From Octopus sinensis (lineage: Eukaryota), in assembly GCF_006345805.1 (NCBI RefSeq), contig NC_042997.1, positions 87,606,001-87,670,000 of the forward strand: a stretch of DNA of 64,000 nt, written 5' to 3'. Position 1 is the first letter of the stretch. The number at the start of each line of letters is the position of its first letter. Below, in pieces: positions 23,530 to 36,941 of the stretch. The position numbers and the translations under genes were made by a program. The notes beneath the pieces were generated by a model that did no database searches, was not told where the DNA came from, and saw only the letters and a list, made by a program, of their open reading frames with translations.

Positions 23530-23846
23530 TTATGCATCTGAGTTCCTTTCGAGTGTTGGGCCTCACAAAGGCAATGACTGAAACCTATGACATTATGCTG
23601 TGCTTGGGAAGAAGACCCATCAATCCAAGCAAAATCACAATTGTGGCAGATATCAGTGACACACAAATGGCACCCGTGCTGGTGGCATGTAAAAGCACCT
23701 ATTACACTTTCAGAGTGGTTGGCATTAGGAAAGGCATCCAGCCATAGAAAACCATGCCAAATCAGACTGGAGTCTGGTGCAGCCTTCCAACTTACCAGCC
23801 CTGGTCAAACTGTCTAACTCATGCCAGTATGGACAACGGATGTTAA

Positions 23847-23880
<34 letters not shown>
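23530..23880 (+). mobile_element. RTE LINE 3' end, decayed, with (GAT)n tail
   Basis: ttgggcctcacaaaggcaatgac (LGLTKAM), one to two UTR units, gtggttggcattaggaaaggcatcc block and a long (gat)n. Confidence 0.78.
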
Positions 23881-23881
<1 letters not shown>

Positions 23882-24965
23882 TTCTTTCAAAGTACACCCT
23901 GCTTTGGAAGAACACATGGGAAATGCAGTTCTCAATATAGTTGACTGCAGCAACAACAAAAACAACGGCAGCTAAATCTGAGGAGCAAAGGCCAGTGAAA
24001 TATCAGTTGCAAAAGTGGTGTGAGGTGGATGGCATCACATCTGTGGGCTAGAAGTTTTGAATGCAGTCTTGGATATCCATGTTTGTACCAGCAGGTTTGT
24101 TTTAAATTTGGGAGCTGTGTTCTATTGTGAGTCCCACTTGAGCTTAAAACATTCAACTGTCCACTGATCAGACAATGCTGAAAAAATAAAAGATTCCTAT
24201 TGATCTTCTTAGCTTAGGAACATTCATGTAAACCTGCAAACTTCCAGTGTAATAATTCAGTATTTTAATATTGGAAAAGTTACTATCTTACAGAGTTTAG
24301 TCATGTCTCTTTAGATTTTCTATTCAAATCTTACTGATGATGGCAGGAAAATATTTAAAAAGGCAGGGATGGTGGTGGAGGAAATATAGGTGCAAATGGA
24401 ATTCTAGAGGCCAACATTTTGGGGAAAGACTGGAAAAGAGGTAGATTCAGATCAACCCAGCAAGATTTAAACAAAGAATAAAGAAACACAACTAAACGCT
24501 GAAAGACACTTACCTTTCCAATATTAAAATGCTATATTATCATGCAGGATATTTACTAGCTCAAGTAAATGTTCCTAAGCTAAGAAGATCAATAGAAACC
24601 TTTATCTTTTCAACGTTGTGTGATAAGTGGACAGTAGAATGTTTGCTCACCATTATAAGCAGGAAAACTGGACACTATAAATAATCACGTTATCAAATGG
24701 GAACTCAAGCCATTTACACGACTCTTTGAATGTAAACTGGAAAATTAAATTGTTAGCTGGTGTAGAGTTTCTTCACGTTGGTTACAGGAATAATATATAC
24801 TGAAGTGGTATTAGATTGTTACTTTGTGCTGTTGCTGTGCCAAATCCATACTCTTGTGAATTGTGTAGTTACAGAATGTGCTTCCCTCATTTTCACACTA
24901 TATATGAACCAAGTGGATTAATCTACCACAAAATATGCAGATGGGTAAAGGAAGCATTTAGAGAT

Positions 24966-25111
24966 TGTGGTAAGTAGCTTGTTTATCAACCACATGGTTC
25001 CGGGTTCATTCCCACTGCATGGCATCTTGAGCAAGTGTCTTCTACTATAGCCTCGGGCCGACCAAAGCCTTGTGAGTGGATTTGGTAGACAGAAACTGAA
25101 AGAAGCCCATC

Positions 25112-25193
<82 letters not shown>

Positions 25194-25432
25194 TATATAT
25201 GTATATGTATGTGTGTGTCTTTATGTGTTTGTGTTTGTCCCCCAACATCTCTTGACAACTGATACTGGTGTGTTTACGTCCCCGTAACTTAGCGGTTCGG
25301 CAAAAGTGACCAATGGAATAAGTACTAGGCTTACAAAGAATAAATCCTGGGGTTGATTTGCTCGACTAAAGGTGGTGCTCCAGCGTAGCCACAGTCAAAT
25401 GACTGAAACAAGTAAAAGAGTAAAGAGTAAAG
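24966..25432 (+). mobile_element. SINE family A, full length with expanded (TA)n core
   Basis: Head, ~110-bp TA-rich core and tail. Confidence 0.88.
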
Positions 25433-25539
25433 AGTATATATATTATGCATAAACACACACACACACACACACACATTCTTTTATTTTTTCTATGTGTTTC
25501 AGCCTGATGGCTGTGGCAATATAAGCATATATATATATA

Positions 25540-25860
25540 CCAGAGTAAGAACATAAACACGAAACAAGGTGGAAAAAATTGTACTCGAATACCAGGGGTA
25601 GAGTAATATGCTTTATTAAAAAGCAGCAAAAAAATCACAGAGTTTCACATTCTGTTTGTCGGACAATTTTGTTTAGAATGGAGCAAGGTAGAGTTATATG
25701 CAGAATTACAATTACTTTGATAGATACACATTTGAAAATGGTTTTGATTAATTGGTCCTTTCATCTAACAGTCTTTTCAATAACCAGTTGCATGAAATTA
25801 CAATTGCAGTTTAAAATCATATTGTTATAAAATTGAAGAAAACCTTAAATCAAAAATAGC
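25540..25860 (-). mobile_element. Solo PLE-type terminus between TA tracts, decayed HHR
   Basis: Minus strand ccgacaa...tgaaactctgtga, then aataaagcatattactct...gtattcgagtac, homologous to 48511-48550; (TA)n on both sides. Confidence 0.5.
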
Positions 25861-25865
25861 TTATG

Positions 25866-25901
<36 letters not shown>

Positions 25902-26062
25902 AAATGAGAAAAGATGGAAATAAAATTAATAAAAGTTTATTAACATTGACAAGACCAGATCTACAATTGTTTCATTACTGTAGCGTAAAATTAACACAAT
26001 TTAATTTAATTTAATTAATTTGGTTAATAACTCCAAGTGAGAATATTATCTTCAGGGAAGGA

Positions 26063-26145
<83 letters not shown>

Positions 26146-26149
26146 TGTT

Positions 26150-26415
26150 ATCATTATTATTATCTCTCTTTCATTCAGCGTCTTTTTCCCAGTCATCTTG
26201 TCATGTTGGACTGTAGAACACTGCACACTTTTTCTCTCTTTGATTGTTTTCATTCTCTCTCCATTTTCCCCCTCTTAATCCTTTCTGTCAAAGAGTGTAG
26301 GCTCAAAATTTAAAAGACTTTTCCATTTTTCCCAAGCATTAAACTAATACACCTGCTTGTTGTTCCTACACCTGTCTTCATATTTTGTTTTCTGTAAATT
26401 TGAACTATATATGTA
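26150..26415 (+). mobile_element. Solo PLE-type terminus between TA tracts, decayed HHR
   Basis: ctgtcaa-a-gagt-gtag-gctc-aaaa at 26285-26308 resembles CTGAYGA-stemII-GAAA with core substitutions; flanked by (TA)n. Confidence 0.5.
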
Positions 26416-27022
26416 TATATAAGCATTATCAATATGACATAATGTACGTGCATTAAATACTTTGAAGCTGCAGTATTTATCTTGAGTAGATCCCTTTAAA
26501 GACAGATTATGTTTAAAAGAACAACATGTCTCAAAGATCGGTGAAATGAATTGCCCTGGAAGTGAAAGGGAGTAACAAATATCAATATTTTGTGTCGTTT
26601 CTGCTCCTCAGTTCCACAAATTCATACACCACAGAAATTACTTGCTTTGGCTGGTATGTAAGTTCCTTGAAACAAAAATTCTAATTTTGTTTTCCTTGTG
26701 TAACATGTTTGCAAATAACTTTTACACTATTATATACATACCTTCAGCTGTCTGAAGCATGTTGTTTTGGTGGTGGATGAGTGTGTGGCCCTGAAGAGTG
26801 GAAATGACTGTGAAATATCAATATCTGTTACTCTCTTTCAATTCTGGGACAGTTTTGTTTCCCCTAGCTTTGAGATATACTGTGTTTTTAAACACAATAC
26901 TTCTTCAAAAAAGGGTTTACTCTGGATGATATGCCTGAGCTTCACTGTGTTTAACAATACACATACATTGTCCATCATATTGATAATGATTACATAATTT
27001 AAGCCACTTCAAATTATATATA

Positions 27023-27120
<98 letters not shown>

Positions 27121-30100
27121 TACATACATATATATGTATGTATATACATATATACATATGCATATATACATGCATATATATGTATGTGTATGTATATATA
27201 TACATATATTTATATGTATGTATTTATGTATATACATATACATATATAGATACACACACACACACACACACACTGAGAAAAAGAAAAGAACATTAAAATG
27301 TGTATAAACTGTAGAATCTGAAATATGCCCTTTATGATGGTCACCAGTTTAAATATATAGTCATAGCTATCAAATGCTTATATAATCATAGAAACATTGT
27401 GTATTTCTTGAGATATGCATTTCCAATAAACAATTCACAACAACCTACAACTACCCATATGAATCAAGCAGATTGGCTATTGCCAGCAGTAATGCATTTT
27501 GCAAGATATTGCCACTTATTTTTTTTATAGATTTACAATTACAAGCCTTATTCCTTTTTAACATTTGCAGGTCATCAATCTTTCCTGTTTATGCTTCAAT
27601 ACTGTGTAGATCTTACAATGAAACTACTGCACATAGCATGCATTGTGTACATAGAGAAAAACCATTTAATCAATAAAATTAGAAAGTGTTCTAAATATTT
27701 TCCAACCTCTGTAGATCTTAAATATCACATTACTCCTAACTCTTATCATTGAGAGAGAAACATTATTTGATACTTCGACTGAGTTAGTGTTATTGTATGC
27801 ACACTTCTACATTCAATTAGCTATGAAATTTTTCTTGGACTAAATATGATTGTTCTCTGTTTCATTTACCTGAAATTGAAATTCAAATTTTTTCTTCTTT
27901 TTGTAATTAGATTTTACATTCACAGGACTGTAATTTGATTAATGTAAATATACTGAGGTTATCCAAAGATATTAATTCTGAATATATCTTCAAAATATTT
28001 GAATATATCTTTATTCTATTGCAAGACATTTCATTTTATTGGCTTTTCTTTTTGATTCTAGAGAAAGTATTCACTATGCCCCAAGGAATTTTTACCAATT
28101 TTAGCAGAGTCATACTTAGTGTGATTGGCTTTTCAGCTACAGCAGCCTTGTAAAAGTTTAACTTCTTTAAAATATTCTTTCAGATGGAAATTACCATCAA
28201 ATAAATAATTGTTTTGTTGTTTTTAAAGAATAACAGCTTGGGATTTGCAGACTTTAAACAATGTAAAACCAATTAGTCATGCAATTAATTAAGAGATAAC
28301 AAGCAACTTTCTGGAGAGGAGTCAAACCAGATGTCATTGTTGTTGTTGTTGCTGTTGTTGTTACTGTTGTTGTTGAGAAGTAATTGTACAATCTTGGTTG
28401 AACAGAAATACATCATAAAGGTAACTAATTAAATACTCGCAGCAAATCACAAACTCTTCACCTCAAGTATGTCATTGAACACTTTGAAATTTGGCTGAAT
28501 GGAATTTGGTAGTACTAAACACTTCCTTTGTTCCTGTATGTCCTTTTCCTTCTTTTACCAAATATATTGATTTTCTCAGAGCCAACAGAAGAAACAGTGA
28601 AGGTGACATCAACTTAAAATGTTACACCAAAGTACTGTGTTGATTGCACAATTAATTTATGGTTATGATATATTCTCAACAATGCAAACATTGCATTATG
28701 CAAGTTAGTTTCCTTTCCATTCATAGAAGCCACTGTAATAATGATTAATTGATGAGTAAATCCTTTCAACAACCAATGTAAACTTATAGGACAAGTTCTC
28801 TTTTCTGGAGAAACATAGAAGGATGTGGTTTGTTGTTGACAACCTTTCTGAAAGTTGGCAGTTTAGATGAGCTGGGGCATGTAGAATTAAGTGGCAACAA
28901 AATGCATGCAGTAGATATGAAATAGTTTTCAAGAGTCATTTTAATATCTTATCCATTAAGCCATTTCATGTCTACATTGTCAAATTCTTAACACTCTCTG
29001 AAGAGAATATTGTTGCCACTGTTTTCTACTATTCTTATGGCAAATATTGTAGCATCAGGTATAAGTCACTTGTGAGTTAAGACTTTAATTCTCAGTTAAA
29101 GCTATTTTATTTCCCTATGTATTTTCTGGTCTTGGCAAAGGAATACATGTTATACTTTACATCTTCTCACCTTAGACATAACCTAGTAACAACAACAACA
29201 TACTGTTGTATTCTTGATTCAACTCAAAAAGTTGCCAGTTATACTGAGGGCTTTATAAACATGTACAACCACTAGTATTTAGTAGCCTATATCTACAATA
29301 TTTACCTTGAATATTTCAGCAAAAGACAGCTTCTGTATCATTGATTGGTCAACTAAAAGTATAACTCAAATACCCCTCAATTTCTTCTTTACCATTCTTG
29401 AAAACACAGACATGTAAGATACTATATTGTTTAGAGTGCATTGTGTATGGGAAAACGATGAAATGATTGTGACTGAAATATCTTTGATCATAGACCTATA
29501 GGGTTACAACTGACTTAGTGTTAAGTGACGGCAACTTTTGTAGTTGCAGATCTTTAAAATGTCATAGATCTCTTACAATCTAAAAACTATACCATTACAG
29601 TTGTCAATCCATACCATGCCAATCATCAACCTCATCATTTTCGTTTAACACCAACCATTTTACTGAGTGTACTGGGTGTTTTTATGCAGCACTGATACAG
29701 GTGTTTTTATGTGGCATTGGCATGGGATCTTTTTATGTGGCCTACATTATAAATACTATATACTGTGACTTGAACATAACTGCTCAAGGTGCTATGCAGT
29801 AGGATTGAACCTGAGACAACATGGTTGGGAAGCAAGCTTTTTAATCACAGAACCACCTCTGAGCCTCTCTCTCTCTCTCTGTATGTATGTATGTATGTAT
29901 GTATGTATGTGCATGTATTTGTATGTATGTATGAGTGAATGAATGAATGTGTGTGTGTGTATAATAGCTGATATAAGTGTTGGTTGGCTGGGTTATTTCT
30001 CCAGTCATGCTTTACATTGAATAGAGCGAGGAGGAGAGGGAGTAAGAGGGATATGAAGAGGCAATGAGTAAAGAGACACTACAAACACACAGTGACAAAG

Positions 30101-30404
30101 AAAGAATCATAGCCAGAGAAGTAGAAGGAGTAAATGACAGAGTGGTTATGAGAGAATTTATACAAATAGGAAATTTATTTTATTTAATTTTATTTTAAGG
30201 TAATGAATATTTTTCTTTTGAAAATTAGAATTCATTTTTATCATTTCTGTATAAGCACCAAGAAATTTAATAAAAGTCAAATTACGATTATTGTATGTAT
30301 GCTATATTGCCTGATATTATGCATAGAGGCAAAAGTATACTTTGAAAGTTACCTGTTATATAACAAATAACACTTTAGTGTGTGTCATCATCATCATCAT
30401 TATT

Positions 30405-30620
30405 ATCATCATCATTTAGCATCCTTTTCCATACTTGCATGGGCCAGATGGTTTGACAAAGGCTGGTAAGCTGGAGAGCTGCATTAGGCTCCAGTCATTT
30501 CTTTTGGCTTGGTTTTTACAGTTGCATGCCTTTCCTTATGCCAATCTCTCTACAGAATGCACTGGGTGCCTCTTACATGTCACAAATGCCTTTTATATGC
30601 CACCGGCATGGGTACCTTTT
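30405..30620 (-). mobile_element. RTE 3' UTR fragment, decayed
   Basis: (cat)n then ttccatacttgcatggg...ggatgcc-like block in reverse orientation. Confidence 0.65.
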
Positions 30621-33600
30621 ATGTGTCTCTGGCATGGGTGTGTATATAAGTACATGTATGTTGATATATGGATGAATGGGAGAGGAGAGTTCAATACATG
30701 TAGAGGGTACATTAGTGTAGTTAGTGTGGGAGAGAGACAGTTGGGGCGGCACTTTTAAAGGGGCACCACTTTTGGGTCTACTGTTGGCAATATGTATTTT
30801 TTGTGAGATCTGGGGGAAACACACACACACTAGCTATGCTAGTGAAAGGGAAGGATTTTATTGAAACTGCGAGTTTGTCTAATTTACCAAAGTTTTTAGC
30901 CACTGATCTTTAGGTGAGAACTGTTACAACTTTGTACTGATGGTGCAATTATATCCCTTGGTGTGTGTGTGTGTGTGTATTGCCTAGTACTTGTGTTTCT
31001 TCATTGGTTTGCATTTTGCATTTATTGATTGGGTACTTTTCTGGATACTTCTAGCCTCTTCATTGATTATTTAGGTTATTTTTTTGTCTTACATTTGTAT
31101 TTCTTGTAATTGTTGGCAGAAAGATGTTATAAACATGTATGACATGTTTATGAGTTAAAGATAGAGCTTGTTTTCATTTTTTGTGTGTGTTTGTGTGGTA
31201 GGTTTTGGAAGATGGTAAATGTTTCCTTTTTATATAAAGCCAAGTTATTTGGCTGCTGGGGACAAGATTGGACAATTGTCATGTTGATGATGCCAGCTGA
31301 GCCAAAAACAATTGTCCACAACTGTCTGCTTATCTCCAGACTACAAGCTTGTCCTTTTGCTTCATGGCATCTCAACATTAGAGAAATCTTGAATTTTGAA
31401 ATTATCTCCCCTTTTCAAGTGGAGTTGGTCTTAATTGCAATTTGGTCACTATGATAATATCCTCAATATCCTCTAGAAGCAGACAATTTTAATCAATCAA
31501 GAATTTATATTGTATATTTGGTATACCTGTATTCATCACATGTATTCACATTGTATATTTGGTATACCTGTATTCATCTTGGTATACCTGTATTCATCTT
31601 GGTATGCCCGTATTCATCTGTATTCATGTATGTGTCTGGGGAGAGTCATAGTGCCCTAATATAACATACTTATTTGTTCAATTTCCACGAATTTATTTAT
31701 TTATTTATTTATTTATTCCAGAAAGCATTTTTGTCATTGCATTTGCAACCGTATCATTGATACTGCCACAAATGCAGCAATGAGAAAGCTTTCTGGAATA
31801 AATAAGTAAATAATTGAACTGGTGAGCACATTATATTAAAGCACTCTGAATCTCCCCAGACACAGCAAAATTTGTTTCAGCATACAAATTCACATAAGGA
31901 ATCTTGCAAAGCAGATACAAAAACGATGTATTCAAATACATACCACAGGCCATTCTGAATTATTTCTCTTACCTAATTTTTGTTTTGAAAAGAGTTGTTT
32001 ATGAATGGGGTTAGCTGTCAAACTAATTAAGCACATATCTATTGTGTGTAGAATCCAAATTGTAGATATATTCTTAATGAATAGGGTTTCATAGTTCAGT
32101 GAGTTTTGGTGTGTTAAAGATTTATTGGGAACTGTTTTTTCATGCTACTTGGCAAGGAAATGGGATTTTGTTTACTTGTTTTGAAAAGAATATTGATGTG
32201 TGCGTGCGTGTGGTACTTTGTATTTTCTATGCTTGTATATCTCTACAATTGTGTATGATTGACATGTTTTGAAGGAAATATTTGTGGATATGTGTGCTTG
32301 AGTGTGTAGGGTCATCTGGTTTTGATATGTTTGTACGTATGGATATTTGTTATTTTGTCAGTGGTCATGGAATATTTCAAAAATAAGAATGTTTGTGTGT
32401 GTGTGTGTGTTTGAGTGAGATAGAGCAAGAGTCTTTTAAATGAAAAGTTTGTGTCAATGTTCACATATGTACATATGTATGTAAGTTTGTATATCCACCA
32501 TGTGATTGCTTGCCCTGCTAGAAGTAGCAGCCAAATCTCCCTCAGATTACACACCTATCATCTTGGTAAAAGGAGACATTGGCTAGCTAATGTGGTCCGG
32601 GGATCTCTAAACACGGGAAAATGAATAAATGAATAAATAAATAAATAAATAAATAAATAAAATAGGATGATCATACTAGGAAGTCCTTGATCATAAATCT
32701 GTTATTACAGAGATGAAAAATGTTTTTGTTTCTGTTGGTTGAAATGATATATAAGAATAACTGTCTTAATGGGATTCTATAATACTACACATTTTCTTTG
32801 GTCCTGTATGCATGATTTTTACTTTCTTTTACCAAATGAATTGATTTTGTTAGTGCCAATGGAAGAAACTTAAAATGCTGCACCAAATACTGCACTGATT
32901 GCGCAATCAATTTATGGTATGGTTGTGCTATATTTTTATTGTTACAAACATTGCACTAGGAAAGCCTGAGATCAAATGCATTCCAGCATGATCTTCCTGT
33001 ATTGTTCCTTATGTGCATGAACTCCGAACCACATGTCTGTATCTAGATGATGAAGTGCCAGCAATGACAATATCACTACTGCTACCACTACCACTGCTGT
33101 TGCCACTGCTGCCACCACTGACTGTTTCTCTCATTTCACATTTTATTCACTTTTTATAAACATTGGTATAACACACATTGAAACATAGATAATTTATTTC
33201 ATTTTTATAAACATAGAATTCAATGACTGAAACAGAGATAATTCATTTTATGAAATAATGTATAAGTTCTCTTTGTGACAATGTTCAGAATATCCCATTT
33301 TATTACCAATGGTAGATTACTGCTATTATGTTTCACATGAACTTTATGACAAACAGCTAATTTGTTTTCATTTTCCCAATAATGTTCATGGGAAATAACT
33401 ACTTGACTTAAAGTAAAGCAGCTTTCACAGTCAACAAGTTTACTACTTTCTTTCAGAATTAATGATGAATAAAGCTTCATGGATATAAATTTTTTTAATA
33501 ACATTCCTCTTTATTATCTAAAATTTCTGCAAAAGATCTTCATTGATTATTTCTGTGTAGATTTGAAATGTAAAAAATACAAAAACAAAAAAAGTAGCTA

Positions 33601-33887
33601 GAAACAAACCTTATAATCAAATAAAAAAACATATGAGATGCAAGCATAGAGCTACTTGTATAATTGTAAAAATGAACCATACAATATTAGATATACCAGC
33701 ATTGAATAATGGATTAGTCCCTCAGTTCATTTTACATACAGATGTTATAAAATATAAAGGAAGAATTTATGAAAGAGAAAGTAAACTACTAAATGGAAAT
33801 AATTGGATTCTAAAAGAAAAGTTTTAATTGAATAATTCGAATAATTTTGCTTAATTGCTGTTAGCACCTGTGATATCATCCTCATTA

Positions 33888-34094
33888 AAGGTGGCGAGCT
33901 GGCAGAAACATTAGCACGTTGGGCGAAATGCTTAGCGGTATTTCATCTGTCTTTATGCTCTGAGTTTAAATTCCGGCGAAGTCGACTTTGCCTTTCGAGG
34001 TTAATAAATTAAGTACCAGTTGTGTACCAGGGTCGATCTAATTGACTAGTACCCTCCCACCAAATTTCGGGCCTTGTGCCTAGAGTAGAAAAGA
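33888..34094 (+). mobile_element. SINE family B with degraded 15-bp TSD
   Basis: Same structure as 6024-6235; atatcatcctcatta (33873-33887) vs atattatccccatta (34095-34109). Confidence 0.88.
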
Positions 34095-34350
34095 ATATTA
34101 TCCCCATTATCATATTAGCATTTTTGCATCACTGAAGCCTGGATTTGCATATGTGATATTCCAGGCTATAATAACTGTTGATTCCTCTTCAGGCTTTCCT
34201 TTAACAAATTTACATACATATGTACATATATAAACATTCACATAAACTTTCTAGTATAAAAATGTAGGCTTTCTAGTATAAAAACGAAAGTTTTTTTGTT
34301 TGTTATGTTAGAATATAGCAAAGACATCGCAAGTGAGAAGTGTCAGATAA

Positions 34351-34549
34351 CCCTTTAGCATTCAAACTGGCCATATCCAGCTCAAATATCTGACCTGTTT
34401 TATATTCAAACTGACCAGATCCAGCTTCTCACTCCTATCCAACAATACCATTCTAAAAATAAACAGTCACATCATTGAAATCTTGAAGTTACAAGATAAT
34501 GTGAATAAATAAACATTACGTTTGACGGAATAATTTGAATGCTAAGGGG
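34351..34549. mobile_element. piggyBac-type MITE (family 1)
   Basis: TIRs ccctttagcattcaaa / tttgaatgctaagggg; flanks ataa and ttaa. Confidence 0.78.
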
Positions 34550-34576
34550 TTAACCTACTATTTCTTTCAGATTGAT

Positions 34577-34608
<32 letters not shown>

Positions 34609-34896
34609 CTTATAATTTGAGGATATATATACTTATAAATTGAGGATATAATCATTAAAATGATTATATCAATGGCTGTAGTTTAAAAAAACAACCATAT
34701 CAGTAAAATTAGTTTTGAAGTACATAATTATAATTAAGGGTGCTGGAATATCAGGGCCTATACACTAGAAGTAGATGTCAAATATCTACAATCCACTCTA
34801 AAATTATAAATGTAGGTATTTGACATCTACTTCTAGGATATAAGCACTGACATTCCAGCGCCCTTAATCATTAATATATTTTTATAATTATGTACT

Positions 34897-34934
<38 letters not shown>

Positions 34935-34944
34935 TACATATATA

Positions 34945-35280
34945 CGCATAATGAGTAAAGATCCTCTTTGGTCATGAATGACCATAAGATTGCACCTAGA
35001 AAGTTATTCTCTGAGGTACAAGTCTGGGCACAAAGTTGTTAATGGAAGACCAGCAGTCGCCCATGCATACCATTCTCTCCTCTCCAATGTTATCCAAGGG
35101 AAAGGTGAAGGCTAATATAGCTTGTCACCAGTGATGTCACAACTCATTTCTACTGCTGGGTGAACTGGAGAAATGGAAATAAAGTGTCTTGCTCAAGAAC
35201 ACAACACACAGCCCAGTCTGGAATCAAACTCACTACCTCATGGTTGTGAGCCTGATTCTCTAACCATTGAGTCATGCTCA
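34945..35280 (-). mobile_element. SINE family C, full length
   Basis: Reverse complement of the 62300-62630 copy. Confidence 0.85.
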
Positions 35281-35289
35281 TGTAATTAA

Positions 35290-35484
35290 AACATGTTGTT
35301 GGCGATTTCTTTTCCTTCTTTGGACTTTTCCCTTTTTCCTTTCTGACAAAGAGCTATGCTCAAAATGTCAAACTCTCAATTTTCACTGAGCATCAAGCTA
35401 ATACATTTCTTGTGCACATCCTCTTTTTGTCCGTTAATTTTACTCATTTATTTGAATTCATAGTTTATTTATCAATAATTGATA

Positions 35485-35490
<6 letters not shown>
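35290..35490 (+). mobile_element. Solo PLE-type terminus, decayed HHR
   Basis: ctgacaa-a-gagc-tat-gctc-aaaa at 35343-35365, similar to the 26150 copy; followed by (TA)n. Confidence 0.45.
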
Positions 35491-35523
<33 letters not shown>

Positions 35524-36049
35524 AAATTTAGAGGAATGACCACTAATAGTGGACAGCCTGTATGCTAGAAATAGACGTCAAACTTGCCATTTTACCATGA
35601 AGAATGTGTTCTCAAGAAAAAATTCTGCAAAAAACCAAAGTGTATATATATATATATATATACTGTGTGTTTGTGTGTGTGAAGACTTAGAAAAAAAGAC
35701 ACAGTTAAAGAAAGGTGGGGAGAAGAGGGACTGACAACAACAGTAGCATTCAATGTCATTTAAACAAAAAACAAGATTGTGAGGAGGCAGGGAGGTATTT
35801 AGTTTAGTTATAATAATGATATTATGATATTGATATTTACTTGAGATAAACAAACTTTAAATAAGTTTGAGAGGATCATAACCATAATTTTTATATCCAA
35901 ATAGTTATATAAATACACACATGTGCACCCATCCTTTTATTCTCTTATGTGTTCAGCCCAAAAGCTGTGACCATGCTGGGGCACTGCCAGTATTATCATC
36001 TTTTCAATAACCATTCTTTTGTGATTGGCTTTTGGTAAATGAAGGAATT

Positions 36050-36485
36050 TAGTGTTGCTGCCTTCTCTTGAGTTTCTTGCTGTGATATAGGTCCATCTGG
36101 GACTTTGGACAGCAGGAGATTAAGTTTTTCTCTTGGAAACATCTTTGCTCATTCTATGTAGATCTCTCAGATTTTTTGTTAAGATATTAAATAGCTGTGA
36201 GGTTTGAATCCCAAGCTATTGCAGTACATAGTCCTCACTCTAGGCAGGATGGGTGGGACCTTTGGAACAGGGTAGGTCCAGTTTGGGGGCTGGTATAACT
36301 TTCAATGTCAAAGTTTGGTGCCAACTCCTCTAGGATCTTCCATATGTGTATCCCCACAGATCTCTCCTGTCTTTGTTCCAGGGAGTAGAGTCATAACTCT
36401 TTCTGTCTCTTCCAGTTGCTCAGTTGTTCTATTGAAGCAATTTTCCTAGTGTAGCACTACCGAGCTGCCTCAAGTTCCAGTATTA
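36050..36485 (-). mobile_element. CR1-group (Crack/Daphne/L2-like) LINE ORF2 C-terminal fragment
   Basis: Minus-strand LELEAAR*CYTRKIASI...LYSLEQRQER...IHIWKILEELAPNF...SKVPDGP resembles the post-RT consensus LExVQR..TK.I...LYSLERRRER...WKIL. Confidence 0.7.
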
Positions 36486-36628
36486 ACTTGACACTGTTGG
36501 CTCCAGTCTGATCTGGCAGTGTTTCTACAGCTGGATGCCCTTCCTAACGCCAACCACTCAGTGTTTATATATATATATATCATACCGGCCTCCCCCATTA
36601 TATATATATATATATATATATATAGACA

Positions 36629-36941
36629 ATAAGAAATGGAGCAATAAACAGTGAGAAATGGATCGTTGGGGTTATAAAGTCATCATTTAATTAAGAAGAG
36701 AGTATGTTTACAGCTGTTTCAGTATATCAAGCTGGGATAAACTTGCATTTACCTCATTGCAATTGATAGACATGATTGGAATGATTATATGGAAAAGATA
36801 AATAGAAGGAAAATAGAAAGAAAATGTGAGGAAGAGAAAGGAAAAAAGGAAAAATGTTTGTTAATTAATATAACACCAATGTTTATAAATTGTAACACCA
36901 ACGATCCACTTCTCATTGTTAATTATTGCTCCATTTCTTAT
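36629..36941 (-). mobile_element. TA-flanked element with ~42-bp inverted ends and decayed HHR (PLE-type terminus)
   Basis: ataagaaatggagcaataa..gagaaatggatcgttgg (36629-36669) is inverted at 36898-36941; minus strand has gaaacagctgta (36709-36720), an HHR 3' half with palindromic stem III. Confidence 0.6.
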
